Positions 20,105-30,071 of a stretch of 64,000 nt of DNA are shown in pieces. Positions within the stretch are counted from its first letter, which is position 1. Each line of letters begins with the position of its first letter. A program made the position numbers and the translations under genes. Source of the stretch: Nitrosopumilus sp. (GTDB taxonomy: Archaea; Thermoproteota; Nitrososphaeria; Nitrososphaerales; Nitrosopumilaceae); contig JAMHKV010000002.1 in NCBI GenBank assembly GCA_028439825.1, positions 27,523-91,522 on the forward strand, in the 5' to 3' direction. The notes beneath the pieces are model-generated. The model searched no databases and was not told the DNA's origin. It worked only from the letters and a program-made list of their open reading frames with translations.

Positions 20105-21345
20105 AACTTAAACACCTTAGCCACTATATTTAATGAATTGATCAGGGCATCAACATCAGCCTTTGTATTATAAATATAGAAACTAGCTCTAGAAGTTGCA
20201 GCAACGTTTAGTCTCTCCATCAACACTTGAGCACAGTGGTGACCAGAACGCAATGAAATTCCCTCTTTATCAATAATATCAGCAACATCATGAGGATGTA
20301 CATCTGCAAAATTAAATGATATGACACCACCGCGTTTTGTAATATCTTTAGTGCCGTAGATTTGAATTCCAGGAATTTTTGCAAATTGTTCCATAGCATA
20401 TGTAGTTAATTCAATTTCATGTTGTCTTACATTGTCCATCCCAATTTTTGTAAGATAGTCAACTGCAGCTCCAAATCCTATAACATCGGCAATGTTTGGA
20501 GTTCCTGCTTCAAATTTGTAAGGCAAGTCATTCCAAGTAGTTTCATACTTGTGGACTTCCCTAATCATGTCACCGCCACCATGAAATGGATTCATTGTTT
20601 GTAATACAGATTTTCTAACCCATAAAACACCAACTCCAGTCGGACCCAACATTTTGTGTCCAGAGAATGCAAAGAAATCACAACCCAAAGTATCAAGATC
20701 AACTTTCATGTGAGGTACTGCTTGTGCACCATCAATTAAGGTAGGAACACCTGCAGCCTTACATTTTGCAATAATTGTTTCAGCATCAGTAATGGTTCCA
20801 AGAACATTAGACATCAAACTAAAAGCTACAAGTTTCACCTTACCAGTTGCAAGATATTTATCAAGATCATCTAAATTCAATTGTCCGTCATCATTCATTC
20901 CAATATATTCTAATTTTGCACGTTTTTCCTGAGTAAGTAGTTGCCATGGGACGATATTACTATGATGTTCATATTCGGTGGTGACGATAATATCGCCTTC
21001 GTTGATATGAGGTCGTCCCCACGCATATGCAACTAGATTAATTGCTTCAGTAGTGCCTCTAACAAAAATAAGTTCTTGTCGATTTTTAATATTAACAAAT
21101 TTTGCAATTTTATCTCTAGCTCCCTCATAAGCTTCAGTGGATTCTTCAGCAAGGGCGTATACTGCACGATGAATATTTGCATTATGGTTTCTGTAGTAAT
21201 CAGTGATAGAATCAATTACTTGATTAGGTTTTTGAGTTGTAGATGCATTATCCAGATAAACAAGACGTTTGTTATCCCTAACAGTTCTTTTTAAAATTGG
21301 AAAATCATTTCTAATATTTTCAAAAGAGGCTTCAGTACTTTGCAA
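20101..21345 (-). CDS. sufS: cysteine desulfurase SufS
   Basis: YLDNASTTQKP, EHHSNIVPW, SGHKMLGPTG, RSGHHCAQ (group II). Confidence 0.96.
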   Translation of the reverse strand: MQSTEASFENIRNDFPILKRTVRDNKRLVYLDNASTTQKPNQVIDSITDYYRNHNANIHRAVYALAEESTEAYEGARDKIAKFVNIKNRQELIFVRGTTEAINLVAYAWGRPHINEGDIIVTTEYEHHSNIVPWQLLTQEKRAKLEYIGMNDDGQLNLDDLDKYLATGKVKLVAFSLMSNVLGTITDAETIIAKCKAAGVPTLIDGAQAVPHMKVDLDTLGCDFFAFSGHKMLGPTGVGVLWVRKSVLQTMNPFHGGGDMIREVHKYETTWNDLPYKFEAGTPNIADVIGFGAAVDYLTKIGMDNVRQHEIELTTYAMEQFAKIPGIQIYGTKDITKRGGVISFNFADVHPHDVADIIDKEGISLRSGHHCAQVLMERLNVAATSRASFYIYNTKADVDALINSLNIVAKVFKL

Positions 21346-21348
21346 TTT

Positions 21349-21657
21349 TTAAACCTCCACAAAAATTTCGTTGTTGTCAATTTTAACTGGGTATACTTTA
21401 AGAGCAGTTTCAGCTGGAAGGTTGTTCGGTTTACCATTAACTAAATTAAAAACTGAAAGATGTAATGGGCATCTAACACCTTCTTTGCTCAGAAATCCAG
21501 TAGAAAGATCTGCATCAGCATGAGTACAAATTAAATCAGTTGCATGAATTGTACCGTCAAGATTTGCTATGAGAAGTTTCATACCATCTTTAACAAAACC
21601 AAATAATTCGCCTTTTTTCACTTGATCTAAGTTGCAGGCTTTAATCCATTCAGACAT
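21349..21657 (-). CDS. Rieske [2Fe-2S] ferredoxin
   Basis: CTH...CPLH. Confidence 0.92.
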   Translation of the reverse strand: MSEWIKACNLDQVKKGELFGFVKDGMKLLIANLDGTIHATDLICTHADADLSTGFLSKEGVRCPLHLSVFNLVNGKPNNLPAETALKVYPVKIDNNEIFVEV

Positions 21658-21662
21658 AAAAA

Positions 21663-23063
21663 TTACCGATACTTGTAGTGTTGCTCAACTTCAGAATTTT
21701 CATCATAACGAGTTTCTTCAATTTCAACAAACTTTGCTAATTCCTCATCTGTGTTAATAGTGAGTTCACGATTGTCCCATTTAGATTCAATAAGATATGC
21801 AATCCAGGCTCTAACTTGAAAAGACATTTTTCTTGAAAGAGGCTCTAAGAAACCCTCAACAATAGTTCTTTCAGCTTCTGCATGACTAAGACATCTAGTT
21901 TTTAGATAGAAGAGTTGTTCCTCATCAATTTGTGCAACAGATGCAGAGTGAGTTGCTTTTACATCATTAGTAAATATCTCCAATCCAGGAATTGCGTCAG
22001 ATTTTGCATCAGGATCTAATAAAATGGAACGACCAGATAAGAAAGAATTTGATTTGGATGCATTCTCCTTAATTCTAATCATTCCTTTGAAAAGAGATTT
22101 AGACTTATTTCGAAGAATAGATTTTTCAACTACACGTCCTTCAGTAGATGGACTTTCATGATTTACATTAGTTTGAATATCAAATGATTGTTCATTATTT
22201 CCAAAAATAACTTCAGAGTCATTTGAAGACGCACCAGAGCCATTAAGAAAATATTCAATTTTATATCTAGATAGCATTGAACCAAATAGTCCAGAATACC
22301 AGTTTACTTTAGCATCTTGTCCTAGGTCAGTACGTTTTGTTGAAAAAGTTACAGCATGTTGATCCATCATTTGTAAAGTAGTAACATCCAATTGAGCATT
22401 TGCAGCAACATTTGTGTTCATTAATTCAAGATATGCTTGCTGAGTTTGAATATTTGCAGAATACAATTCTTGAACAAGTGTAGATTTACTACTCTCATCT
22501 GCAAAAATAATATTTCTAGAGATAGTTGAATGGCCATCTTCAGATAAACATGTCAAAAAGTAAATTGGTTTGTCTAAAATAAAATTACGTGGTATGTGGA
22601 TAAATATTCCAGAATTAAAAGCAGCGTTATTCAAGGCTGTAAATTTATCATCTCCAGAATCTGATGCCTCTAATGCCTTTTTTACTAATTCAAAATTATT
22701 TTGAATAGCGTCAGAGATTGAAGAAATCACAAGACCTTTTGATTTTAATTCCTCAGGTAGATTAATTCTATGGATGTTAGTTCCAATTTGAATAATACAA
22801 ATTTCATTTTCTAATTCGCCTAATCTTTTCTTAAGAAAGGCAGGTACTGTTTCAGCAGTAGTGTTTGAAAGAGATACTTTTTCAGGATCCATTTTTTTTG
22901 CATCAGTATACTTGTTGTATAAGGGAGATGTCTCAATTGGAAGACCATCATAAATGGATAAAGAATTTTTTCTATAATTTTTTAACCACTCAGGCTCATT
23001 CATCGATGAAGAAATTTCTTCAACGTGAGAAGTATTTAGTTTTGAAAGTATTTCTTGAGACAT
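21663..23063 (-). CDS. sufD: Fe-S assembly protein SufD
   Basis: FTALN.A.F, PGLEIFTNDVKATHSASV. Confidence 0.92.
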   Translation of the reverse strand: MSQEILSKLNTSHVEEISSSMNEPEWLKNYRKNSLSIYDGLPIETSPLYNKYTDAKKMDPEKVSLSNTTAETVPAFLKKRLGELENEICIIQIGTNIHRINLPEELKSKGLVISSISDAIQNNFELVKKALEASDSGDDKFTALNNAAFNSGIFIHIPRNFILDKPIYFLTCLSEDGHSTISRNIIFADESSKSTLVQELYSANIQTQQAYLELMNTNVAANAQLDVTTLQMMDQHAVTFSTKRTDLGQDAKVNWYSGLFGSMLSRYKIEYFLNGSGASSNDSEVIFGNNEQSFDIQTNVNHESPSTEGRVVEKSILRNKSKSLFKGMIRIKENASKSNSFLSGRSILLDPDAKSDAIPGLEIFTNDVKATHSASVAQIDEEQLFYLKTRCLSHAEAERTIVEGFLEPLSRKMSFQVRAWIAYLIESKWDNRELTINTDEELAKFVEIEETRYDENSEVEQHYKYR

Positions 23064-23088
23064 GATTAATCAGATAAAGGTTGGGAGT

Positions 23089-24489
23089 TTATCCCACAGA
23101 GTCATCCATTTCTAATTTAATAAGTCTGTTTAATTCAACTGCATATTCCATTGGCAATTCTTTTGTAAATGGCTCCATAAATCCGTTAACGATTAATGAT
23201 AATGCATCTTCTTCACTAAATCCTCTAGACATAAGATAGAAAATTTGTTCATCTCCAATTTTTCCAACAGTAGCTTCGTGAGTGATTGTTGCATCCTCTT
23301 GATCAATTACCATGTATGGATAAGTATCAGTTTTAGAGGTATCATCCATTAACAATGCATCACATCTAACAGTGGATTTTACACCAGTTGCGCCTTTTGC
23401 AACATTTAACATTCCTCGATAAGTTGAACGTCCATCTAATCGGCTTACAGATTTAGATGTAACTTTAGAAGTTGTATTTGGTGCAAGATGTACCATTTTA
23501 GCTCCAGTATCTTGGTGTTGACCTTTACCTGCAAATGCAATAGATAGTGTTTCACCATAAGCTCTTTCGCCCATAAGGTATACACCAGGATATTTCATTG
23601 TTAATTTGCTTCCAATGTTTCCATCAATCCACTCAACGGTTGCACCTTCGTATGCATAAGCACGTTTTGTTACAAGGTTGTAAACATCAGAGCTCCAGTT
23701 TTGAATAGTAGTATATCTCAATTTTGCATCTTTGTGTGCAACAAGTTCAACAACAGCAGAGTGAAGTGATTCAGAAGAGTATACAGGAGCAGTACAACCT
23801 TCGATGTAATGTACTTCTGCACCTTCGTCAACAATTATCAGTGTTCTTTCAAACTGACCAATGTTTTCTGCGTTAATTCTAAAGTATGCTTGTAAAGGCA
23901 TGTCAATATGAACACCTTTTGGAACATAGATAAATGAGCCACCACTCCATACAGCACTGTTTAGTGCTGCAAATTTGTTATCCTCTGGAGGAATAATTTT
24001 ACCAAAGTATTTTTTGAATAATTCAGGATGATCAATTAAGGCTTGGTCAGTATCTAAAAACAAAACACCTTGTTTTGCTAAATCTTCTCTTAAACTGTGA
24101 TAGACAACTTCAGATTCGTATTGAGCACCAACACCTGCTAAAAATTTCTTTTCAGCTTCTGGAATTCCAAGTTTATCAAAAGTTTTTTTGACATTATCTG
24201 GAACGTCATCCCAATCTTTTGCTACACCGTCGGATGCTTTGGCATAATAATAGATATTTTGGAAATCAATAGTACTAAGATCACCACCCCAGGTTGGCAT
24301 TGGTTTTTGCATAAAAATTTCATAAGAACGTAATCTGAAATCCAACATCCACTGCGGCTCGTTTTTCATTTTACTAATTTCAATCACAGTATTCTTGGAA
24401 ATTCCTTTCTTACTAAGGTGGACATACATTTCTGTAGAGTCTTTAAAATCATATTTTGTATAATCAATATCGAGGTTTTCGGTTGTCAT
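23089..24489 (-). CDS. sufB: Fe-S assembly protein SufB
   Basis: [36 protein letters not shown]. Confidence 0.97.
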   Translation of the reverse strand: MTTENLDIDYTKYDFKDSTEMYVHLSKKGISKNTVIEISKMKNEPQWMLDFRLRSYEIFMQKPMPTWGGDLSTIDFQNIYYYAKASDGVAKDWDDVPDNVKKTFDKLGIPEAEKKFLAGVGAQYESEVVYHSLREDLAKQGVLFLDTDQALIDHPELFKKYFGKIIPPEDNKFAALNSAVWSGGSFIYVPKGVHIDMPLQAYFRINAENIGQFERTLIIVDEGAEVHYIEGCTAPVYSSESLHSAVVELVAHKDAKLRYTTIQNWSSDVYNLVTKRAYAYEGATVEWIDGNIGSKLTMKYPGVYLMGERAYGETLSIAFAGKGQHQDTGAKMVHLAPNTTSKVTSKSVSRLDGRSTYRGMLNVAKGATGVKSTVRCDALLMDDTSKTDTYPYMVIDQEDATITHEATVGKIGDEQIFYLMSRGFSEEDALSLIVNGFMEPFTKELPMEYAVELNRLIKLEMDDSVG

Positions 24490-24542
24490 GTCAAAGATAA
24501 CTCCGTTATATTATAAATACATGAGGAAAAATAGGGAGAGCT

Positions 24543-24562
24543 AAATAGCTTAAGCTAAATTT
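24543..24562. promoter_or_regulatory. putative operator upstream of sufB
   Basis: AAATAGCTTAAGCTAAATTT with core palindrome TAGCTTAAGCTA; 16/20 identical to the site upstream of sufC. Confidence 0.45.
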
Positions 24563-24565
24563 TGA

Positions 24566-25375
24566 TTAGATCGGGTTCAGAGTAGTCTTCATAGCATTAA
24601 ATGCGCCTGCAACAGTATGAACCTCTGCAACAGTATTTTTGACTTTGAATTTTTTTAATTCGTCTGAAGTAAAGGGTCCAATTGAAACTACAGATGATTT
24701 TGCAAGATTATCAAGTAACAGATTCATAGCATAGTCTTTGGACATTATTTCAAAAAATCCCCTAACAGAGGATGCGCTGGTAAATACAATACCATCGACT
24801 TTATTTTGAGAAAATAATTCTCTAAATCCGTTCCATTGAGTAGTGTCTCTAAAAGCACAAACATCATACAGATGAATTTCCAACACATCAATTCCAATTT
24901 TAGAAAGTAATTCTTTTAGAAAAGGAGTGGATGCACCACTACGTGGAACAATAACTTTTTTTCCAACAGCATTAAGTTTTGTAAATTCTTCACCCACACC
25001 AACTGATGAAAAAGTTGTGGGTTGATGATTTACTTTAATTCCCTCAGCCTCAAGCGTAAGAGATGTTTTAGGTCCAACAGACATTACAATAGTATTGGCA
25101 ACTGCCAATTGTAGTTTTTCAAGTTTTCCCAATTGTTTCGCAGTATTAAATAATAATTTTACAGCTTTTGAACTCATAAAAACAGAATAATCAGGATTGT
25201 ATTTAGAGACAGATTCTAAAAATTCATCAACTATTTTTTCACCTTTGCTTACTAATTCTATTGTAGGTAAGGGAACAGGAGTGGCATTGTTTTCTTTTGC
25301 AAGTGAGATAAATTCCGAAGCATCATCTTCTGAACGGGTTATGGCAATAGTTTTTCCACTAAGCATTATCTCCAC
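24566..25375 (-). CDS. hemD: uroporphyrinogen-III synthase
   Basis: IAITRS, VGPKT, FTSASSV, SIGPFT; in the hem operon. Confidence 0.93.
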   Translation of the reverse strand: MEIMLSGKTIAITRSEDDASEFISLAKENNATPVPLPTIELVSKGEKIVDEFLESVSKYNPDYSVFMSSKAVKLLFNTAKQLGKLEKLQLAVANTIVMSVGPKTSLTLEAEGIKVNHQPTTFSSVGVGEEFTKLNAVGKKVIVPRSGASTPFLKELLSKIGIDVLEIHLYDVCAFRDTTQWNGFRELFSQNKVDGIVFTSASSVRGFFEIMSKDYAMNLLLDNLAKSSVVSIGPFTSDELKKFKVKNTVAEVHTVAGAFNAMKTTLNPI

Positions 25376-26118
25376 CCAATAACATCAGATAGATCAACCA
25401 CCCTACCAATAATTATATTTGTAGGAGGAGTAATTTTGTTTTCTTTAATTTTTTTTGCAATATTTGTAACATTTCCTTTTATCATTTTTTGTTGTGGAGT
25501 TGTTCCATTTTGAATTACAGCTACGGGCATTTTTTTATCCATGCCTCCTAAAATTAGTTGTTTACAAATAATATCAATTCTAGACAAGCCCATCATTATA
25601 ACAATAGTATCTACGGATTTTGCAAGATTTTTCCATTTAACAATTTCTTCTTTCTTTTCAGGATCTTCATGACCTGTAACAAAAACAACGGATGAGGCAT
25701 ATTTTCTATGAGTTAAAGGAATTCCAGCATATGTTGCAGAACCAATACCAGAAGTAATTCCGGGAACAATTTCATATTTTATTTTGTGATCTTTGAGAAA
25801 TTCAGCTTCTTCACCACCACGTCCAAAAATAATTGGATCTCCACCTTTTAGTCTAACAACATTTTTTTTAGATTTTGCATATTCTACCATTAAATCATTA
25901 GTGCCTTTTTGATGAGTGGTGTCATCACCTACCGCACGCCCAACATAGACTTTTTTTGCAGTTTTGGGAATCATAGAAATAATTTTTTTGCTGACTAGTC
26001 TGTCATACAAAACAACATCAGCTTTTTCGATCAATTCAACAGCTCTTAGAGTAATTAATTTGGCATCTCCAGGCCCCGCTCCAACAAGATATACTTTACC
26101 AGTCATGTCGTATTCCAT
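25366..26118 (-). CDS. cobA: uroporphyrinogen-III C-methyltransferase (SUMT)
   Basis: VYLVGAGPGD, VRLKGGDP.IFGRGGEE, GIPLTHR. Confidence 0.95.
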   Translation of the reverse strand: MEYDMTGKVYLVGAGPGDAKLITLRAVELIEKADVVLYDRLVSKKIISMIPKTAKKVYVGRAVGDDTTHQKGTNDLMVEYAKSKKNVVRLKGGDPIIFGRGGEEAEFLKDHKIKYEIVPGITSGIGSATYAGIPLTHRKYASSVVFVTGHEDPEKKEEIVKWKNLAKSVDTIVIMMGLSRIDIICKQLILGGMDKKMPVAVIQNGTTPQQKMIKGNVTNIAKKIKENKITPPTNIIIGRVVDLSDVIGWR

Positions 26119-27038
26119 TCATCTACTTTCTCCCTCCAATTTAATGCAAGATCATTAATTCCTTTACTACGCAATTCCTCACCAACTAATTTGCCCAATA
26201 ATTTTGGATTATTTTTATCTCCGGAGCGAGTTACTTGTAGAGATTGTTCACCATCAACAGAAAATGCATATACAGTTAATGTCATTTTAGAGCCATCGGA
26301 TGTAGCATATGCACCCAAAGGAAATCTACAACCAGAATCAATAAAATCAGATAAAGCACGTTCAGCCTCAATTTCTAATCGAGTATCAGAGTCTTCAATT
26401 TTTTTTAACATTTCAATTGTTTGGGAGTCATCAATCCGGGCAACAATTGCAATAGCACCTTGGCCAGGTGAAGGAGAGAAATCTTCAGTAGATAAAGAAG
26501 TAAAGGCCACATCAACTCCCAATCTAGAAATTCCTGCATGTGCAAGTACTATGGCATCATAATTATCTCCAGATATTTTTTTAATTCTAGTTTCAATATT
26601 GCCTCGAATAGATTTAACAGTGACATCAGATCTTTTTCGCCTAACCTGAACAGCACGTCTTAAAGAACTAGTTCCAATTACAGAGTTAGGTTTAATCTCA
26701 TCTAAGGACGAACCATCAGATGAAATAAACACGTCATTTACTATTTCACGTTTTGGAACGGATGCAATTATAAGATCATCATCCAATTGGGAAGGAACAT
26801 CTTTTAGACTGTGTACTGCAAAATCAATTTCTTTTTCTGCAACGGCTTTATCAATTTCTTTTTCAAAAATTCCTTTTTGATCAATAGCAAATAATGGTCT
26901 CGTATCAGTATCACCCTTAGTAGTAATTGGTTTAATTTCATATTCACAATCAGGGTTTACCTTTTTTAATTCTGAAATAATCCAATTAGTTTGAGCCATA
27001 GATAATTTACTGCCCCTCGCACCAACTACATATTTCAA
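26103..27038 (-). CDS. hemC: porphobilinogen deaminase
   Basis: RGSKL...Q, AVHSLKDVP, GTSSLRR, RGNIETR, SGC cofactor Cys. Confidence 0.96.
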   Translation of the reverse strand: MKYVVGARGSKLSMAQTNWIISELKKVNPDCEYEIKPITTKGDTDTRPLFAIDQKGIFEKEIDKAVAEKEIDFAVHSLKDVPSQLDDDLIIASVPKREIVNDVFISSDGSSLDEIKPNSVIGTSSLRRAVQVRRKRSDVTVKSIRGNIETRIKKISGDNYDAIVLAHAGISRLGVDVAFTSLSTEDFSPSPGQGAIAIVARIDDSQTIEMLKKIEDSDTRLEIEAERALSDFIDSGCRFPLGAYATSDGSKMTLTVYAFSVDGEQSLQVTRSGDKNNPKLLGKLVGEELRSKGINDLALNWREKVDEWNTT

Positions 27039-28318
27039 TTTTTCACCGACTTTAATGCAGCATGATATGCATCTAATGTTTTGTTTAAATCATTTTGAGT
27101 GTGAGCATCAGATAAGAAAACAACTTCAAATTGAGAAGGCGGAATAAAGACACCTTGTCTCAATAAAGTTTTGAATAATTTTTGGAATTTTTTTCCATTT
27201 GCTTTTTTTGATGTTTTGTAGTCAGTTACAGGCGTATTTGTAAAGAAAATTTGAAACATTGATGCTGTAAAATTGATTTGATGAGGAATTTTCATATCAG
27301 TAGCCATGTCATCTAATTCTTTACAAAATAGCAAATTGAATCGTTCAAGTTTTGAGTAGAGCCTATTTTTAATTTTATTTATTGTCTTTATAGAACTAAT
27401 TGCAGCACTGACAGATACAGGATTTCCAGCAAACGTACTTGCTTGGTAAACATTTCCCCCCGGAGAAAGTAAATTCATAATTTCTTTTTTACCGCCAACT
27501 GCAGATATTGTAAATCCATTACTCAAAGCCTTAGCTAAAGTTGTAATATCAGGTTTAATACCAAAATGTTCTTGTGCTCCACCAGGCGATACTCTAAAAC
27601 CAGTGACAACCTCATCAAAAATTAACGGGATATTATTTTCTTTAGTAATTTTTCTCATGTCTGAAAGAAAGTTTTTTTCAGGTAAAATCAATCCCATGTT
27701 AGCTAAAACTGGTTCAACTATAACACCCGCAATATCTTTATTTTTAGAAATTGTTTTTTGCAGATCTTCAATATTGTTGTACTCCACAACCAGGGTATTC
27801 TTTGAGACCTCATCTAATCCTCCATCAGAAACAGAGATACCATTATGTGCAGAACCAGAACCTGCTTTAACTAAAACAGAATCATGTGCGCCATGATAAC
27901 ATCCTTCAAATTTAATAATTTTTTTCTTTTTTGTAAAACCACGAGCTAATCTAATTGCAGTCATTGTGGCTTCACCACCAGTATTCATTAATCGCACTTT
28001 ATCCATAGAAGGGAAATTTCCAATAATTAATTTAGATAATTCAATTTCAGATGCAGTTGGAGTACAATACAAAGTTCCTTTTGAAAGTTGTTTAGATACA
28101 GAATTCATAATTTCTTTTCTACGATGTCCTAAAAGTAAAGCACCATAGGCATTACAGAAATCAATGTAACGCTTATTGTCTTCATCCCAAATGTATGCAC
28201 CATTTGCTTTTTTTGTAAAAAAAGGATAAGGTTCAAAATACCTAACAGGACTATTTACGCCTGAAGGAATTACTTTCTTTGAATCATTAAATAATTTTCT
28301 AGATGCAGACATATTCAA
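27035..28318 (-). CDS. hemL: glutamate-1-semialdehyde 2,1-aminomutase
   Basis: GVNSPVR, FEGCYHG.HD, FDEVVTGFR, PPSQFE. Confidence 0.96.
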   Translation of the reverse strand: MNMSASRKLFNDSKKVIPSGVNSPVRYFEPYPFFTKKANGAYIWDEDNKRYIDFCNAYGALLLGHRRKEIMNSVSKQLSKGTLYCTPTASEIELSKLIIGNFPSMDKVRLMNTGGEATMTAIRLARGFTKKKKIIKFEGCYHGAHDSVLVKAGSGSAHNGISVSDGGLDEVSKNTLVVEYNNIEDLQKTISKNKDIAGVIVEPVLANMGLILPEKNFLSDMRKITKENNIPLIFDEVVTGFRVSPGGAQEHFGIKPDITTLAKALSNGFTISAVGGKKEIMNLLSPGGNVYQASTFAGNPVSVSAAISSIKTINKIKNRLYSKLERFNLLFCKELDDMATDMKIPHQINFTASMFQIFFTNTPVTDYKTSKKANGKKFQKLFKTLLRQGVFIPPSQFEVVFLSDAHTQNDLNKTLDAYHAALKSVKN

Positions 28319-29022
28319 TCTACAATACGGTCATTATTATTCCTAATTTGAGCCCTTTGTGCTTGAAATTTTTTACGAAATAGAAATGCGGCAATTAAAG
28401 TGCCAATAAATGGTGCAGTCAAATATAGCCACAGATCACCAAAAGTTCCAGATAATAGTGCTGGCGCAAGTGCTCTAGCAGGATTCATGGACGCTCCAGA
28501 AATAAAAGCTAAAAATAAAATATCTAATGCAACAATTCCACCAATTGCAACACCACTAAATCCACGTAAGCCTTTTGTATATACAACATAGAAAATTACA
28601 CCCATTAACATTGTAGAAGCTAAAACTTCTACTGGAAATATTATAAATATTGAAAAATCATGGTTAGGTGCATTAGCTCCAAGATTTGCGCTCTCACCAA
28701 TAAAACTTAAAACAAAAATGGAAGCCAACAAAGCTCCAATAATTTCTGCAATTAAATAATATAAAACTTGAATTTTTGTTATGTGCCCTGTAACGTAATA
28801 TCCAATGGTCACTGCAGGATTAAAATGAGCCAAAGAAACTTTTCCAAAAGAATAAACTCCAATTAATAATGCAATAAATGGTGCAACCGCTGCAAAAGGA
28901 ATTCCCAAATTACCATCAAAGAACTCAACGTCATAAACAATAGAACCGGTTGCAAAAACCACAAGAATAAAAGTTCCAATCAACTCTACGGTAAAAATTT
29001 GTAAATTAGAATAAGCCATCAA
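28315..29022 (-). CDS. MIP-family aquaporin / aquaglyceroporin-like channel
   Basis: two NPA boxes (AHFNPAVT, SMNPARA), six TM segments. Confidence 0.93.
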   Translation of the reverse strand: MMAYSNLQIFTVELIGTFILVVFATGSIVYDVEFFDGNLGIPFAAVAPFIALLIGVYSFGKVSLAHFNPAVTIGYYVTGHITKIQVLYYLIAEIIGALLASIFVLSFIGESANLGANAPNHDFSIFIIFPVEVLASTMLMGVIFYVVYTKGLRGFSGVAIGGIVALDILFLAFISGASMNPARALAPALLSGTFGDLWLYLTAPFIGTLIAAFLFRKKFQAQRAQIRNNNDRIVD

Positions 29023-29432
29023 TCATCACATTCAAGAGAGTTAAGTAGATTCAAAACACTATGTTTAATCTGATCACGAATTTTTCTTACATCGTCAAGA
29101 GATTTTCCTTTTGGATCATCCACATTCCAGTCATCTACATCTTTTACAAATAATGATGGGCAGGATTCTTCATCCATGCACCCCATATTGACAGTTTTAT
29201 TAGAATTTTTAATCATGGATGTTGACAATAATTGCGGTTGTTGATTTTTCAAATCAATTCCAATTTCATTCATTGCAGAAACAACAACAGGGTTAAGGTT
29301 GGGAGATGGGCAGGTTCCAGCACTAATGACATTAAATGAATTTTTAGCATATTTTTTAAAAAATGCTTCAGCCATCTGACTCCTTCCAGCATTTTCTACG
29401 CACACAAATAGAATATTTTTAGGTAAATTCAC
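29019..29432 (-). CDS. arsC: arsenate reductase (LMW-PTPase fold)
   Basis: CVENAGRSQMAE P-loop, MGC.....CP resolving cysteines, W..DDP; divergent from arsR. Confidence 0.88.
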   Translation of the reverse strand: MNLPKNILFVCVENAGRSQMAEAFFKKYAKNSFNVISAGTCPSPNLNPVVVSAMNEIGIDLKNQQPQLLSTSMIKNSNKTVNMGCMDEESCPSLFVKDVDDWNVDDPKGKSLDDVRKIRDQIKHSVLNLLNSLECDD

Positions 29433-29472
29433 AATATAACATAAATATTAGTTTATATAAATTTAAATTGAT

Positions 29473-29772
29473 ATGAATGGAATTAGTCTTTTAAAATGTA
29501 TTTGTGATGAAACTAGATTTGAAATTTTAGAATTATTACAAAAAAATAACGAATTATGTGTCAATGATTTTGTAAATGAATTAAAAAAAGATCAACCACT
29601 AGTATCACATCATCTAAAGACATTAAAAAAATGCGGCATTGTCAAATCAAGAGATGAAGGAAAAAAAGCAATGTACATGATTTCAAGTGATCAATTATCA
29701 GAATTAATCACAAAAGTTAAAAAAACATCAAAAGAAATGCCTAATCTTTGTTTAGACGAAGGATGTTGTTAA
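29473..29772 (+). CDS. ArsR/SmtB-family repressor
   Basis: DETRFEILELL...ELCV...QPLVSHHLK.LK; C-terminal CC. Confidence 0.9.
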   Translation: MNGISLLKCICDETRFEILELLQKNNELCVNDFVNELKKDQPLVSHHLKTLKKCGIVKSRDEGKKAMYMISSDQLSELITKVKKTSKEMPNLCLDEGCC

Positions 29773-30071
29773 AATTTTTCAGTACGCAATACGCCAACAT
29801 CACTAACATAAAGCACTACAGCAAAATTTGCAAACAAAGTTCTAGAAACTTCCTCAACAACATCCTGTAACTTTTCTTCACGTAAAATTATTTCAATTTT
29901 AACATTTTTTTCATTTGTCAAACCCTCGCTACGTAATCCACGTGCACCGCTACCACTTACCTCATAAGTTGTATAACCAGTAATTTTGTGCTTGCTTAGA
30001 ATTTCTATAATATTTTTTTGTGCAAGAATTTCACAAGTAATTGTAAGTAGTTTTACAGGATAAAGTTTCAT
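29769..30071 (-). CDS. sbtB: PII-like SbtB protein
   Basis: KLLTITCE...GYT..EVSG.G.RG, V.VLR.EKF; overlaps sbtA. Confidence 0.8.
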   Translation of the reverse strand: MKLYPVKLLTITCEILAQKNIIEILSKHKITGYTTYEVSGSGARGLRSEGLTNEKNVKIEIILREEKLQDVVEEVSRTLFANFAVVLYVSDVGVLRTEKF

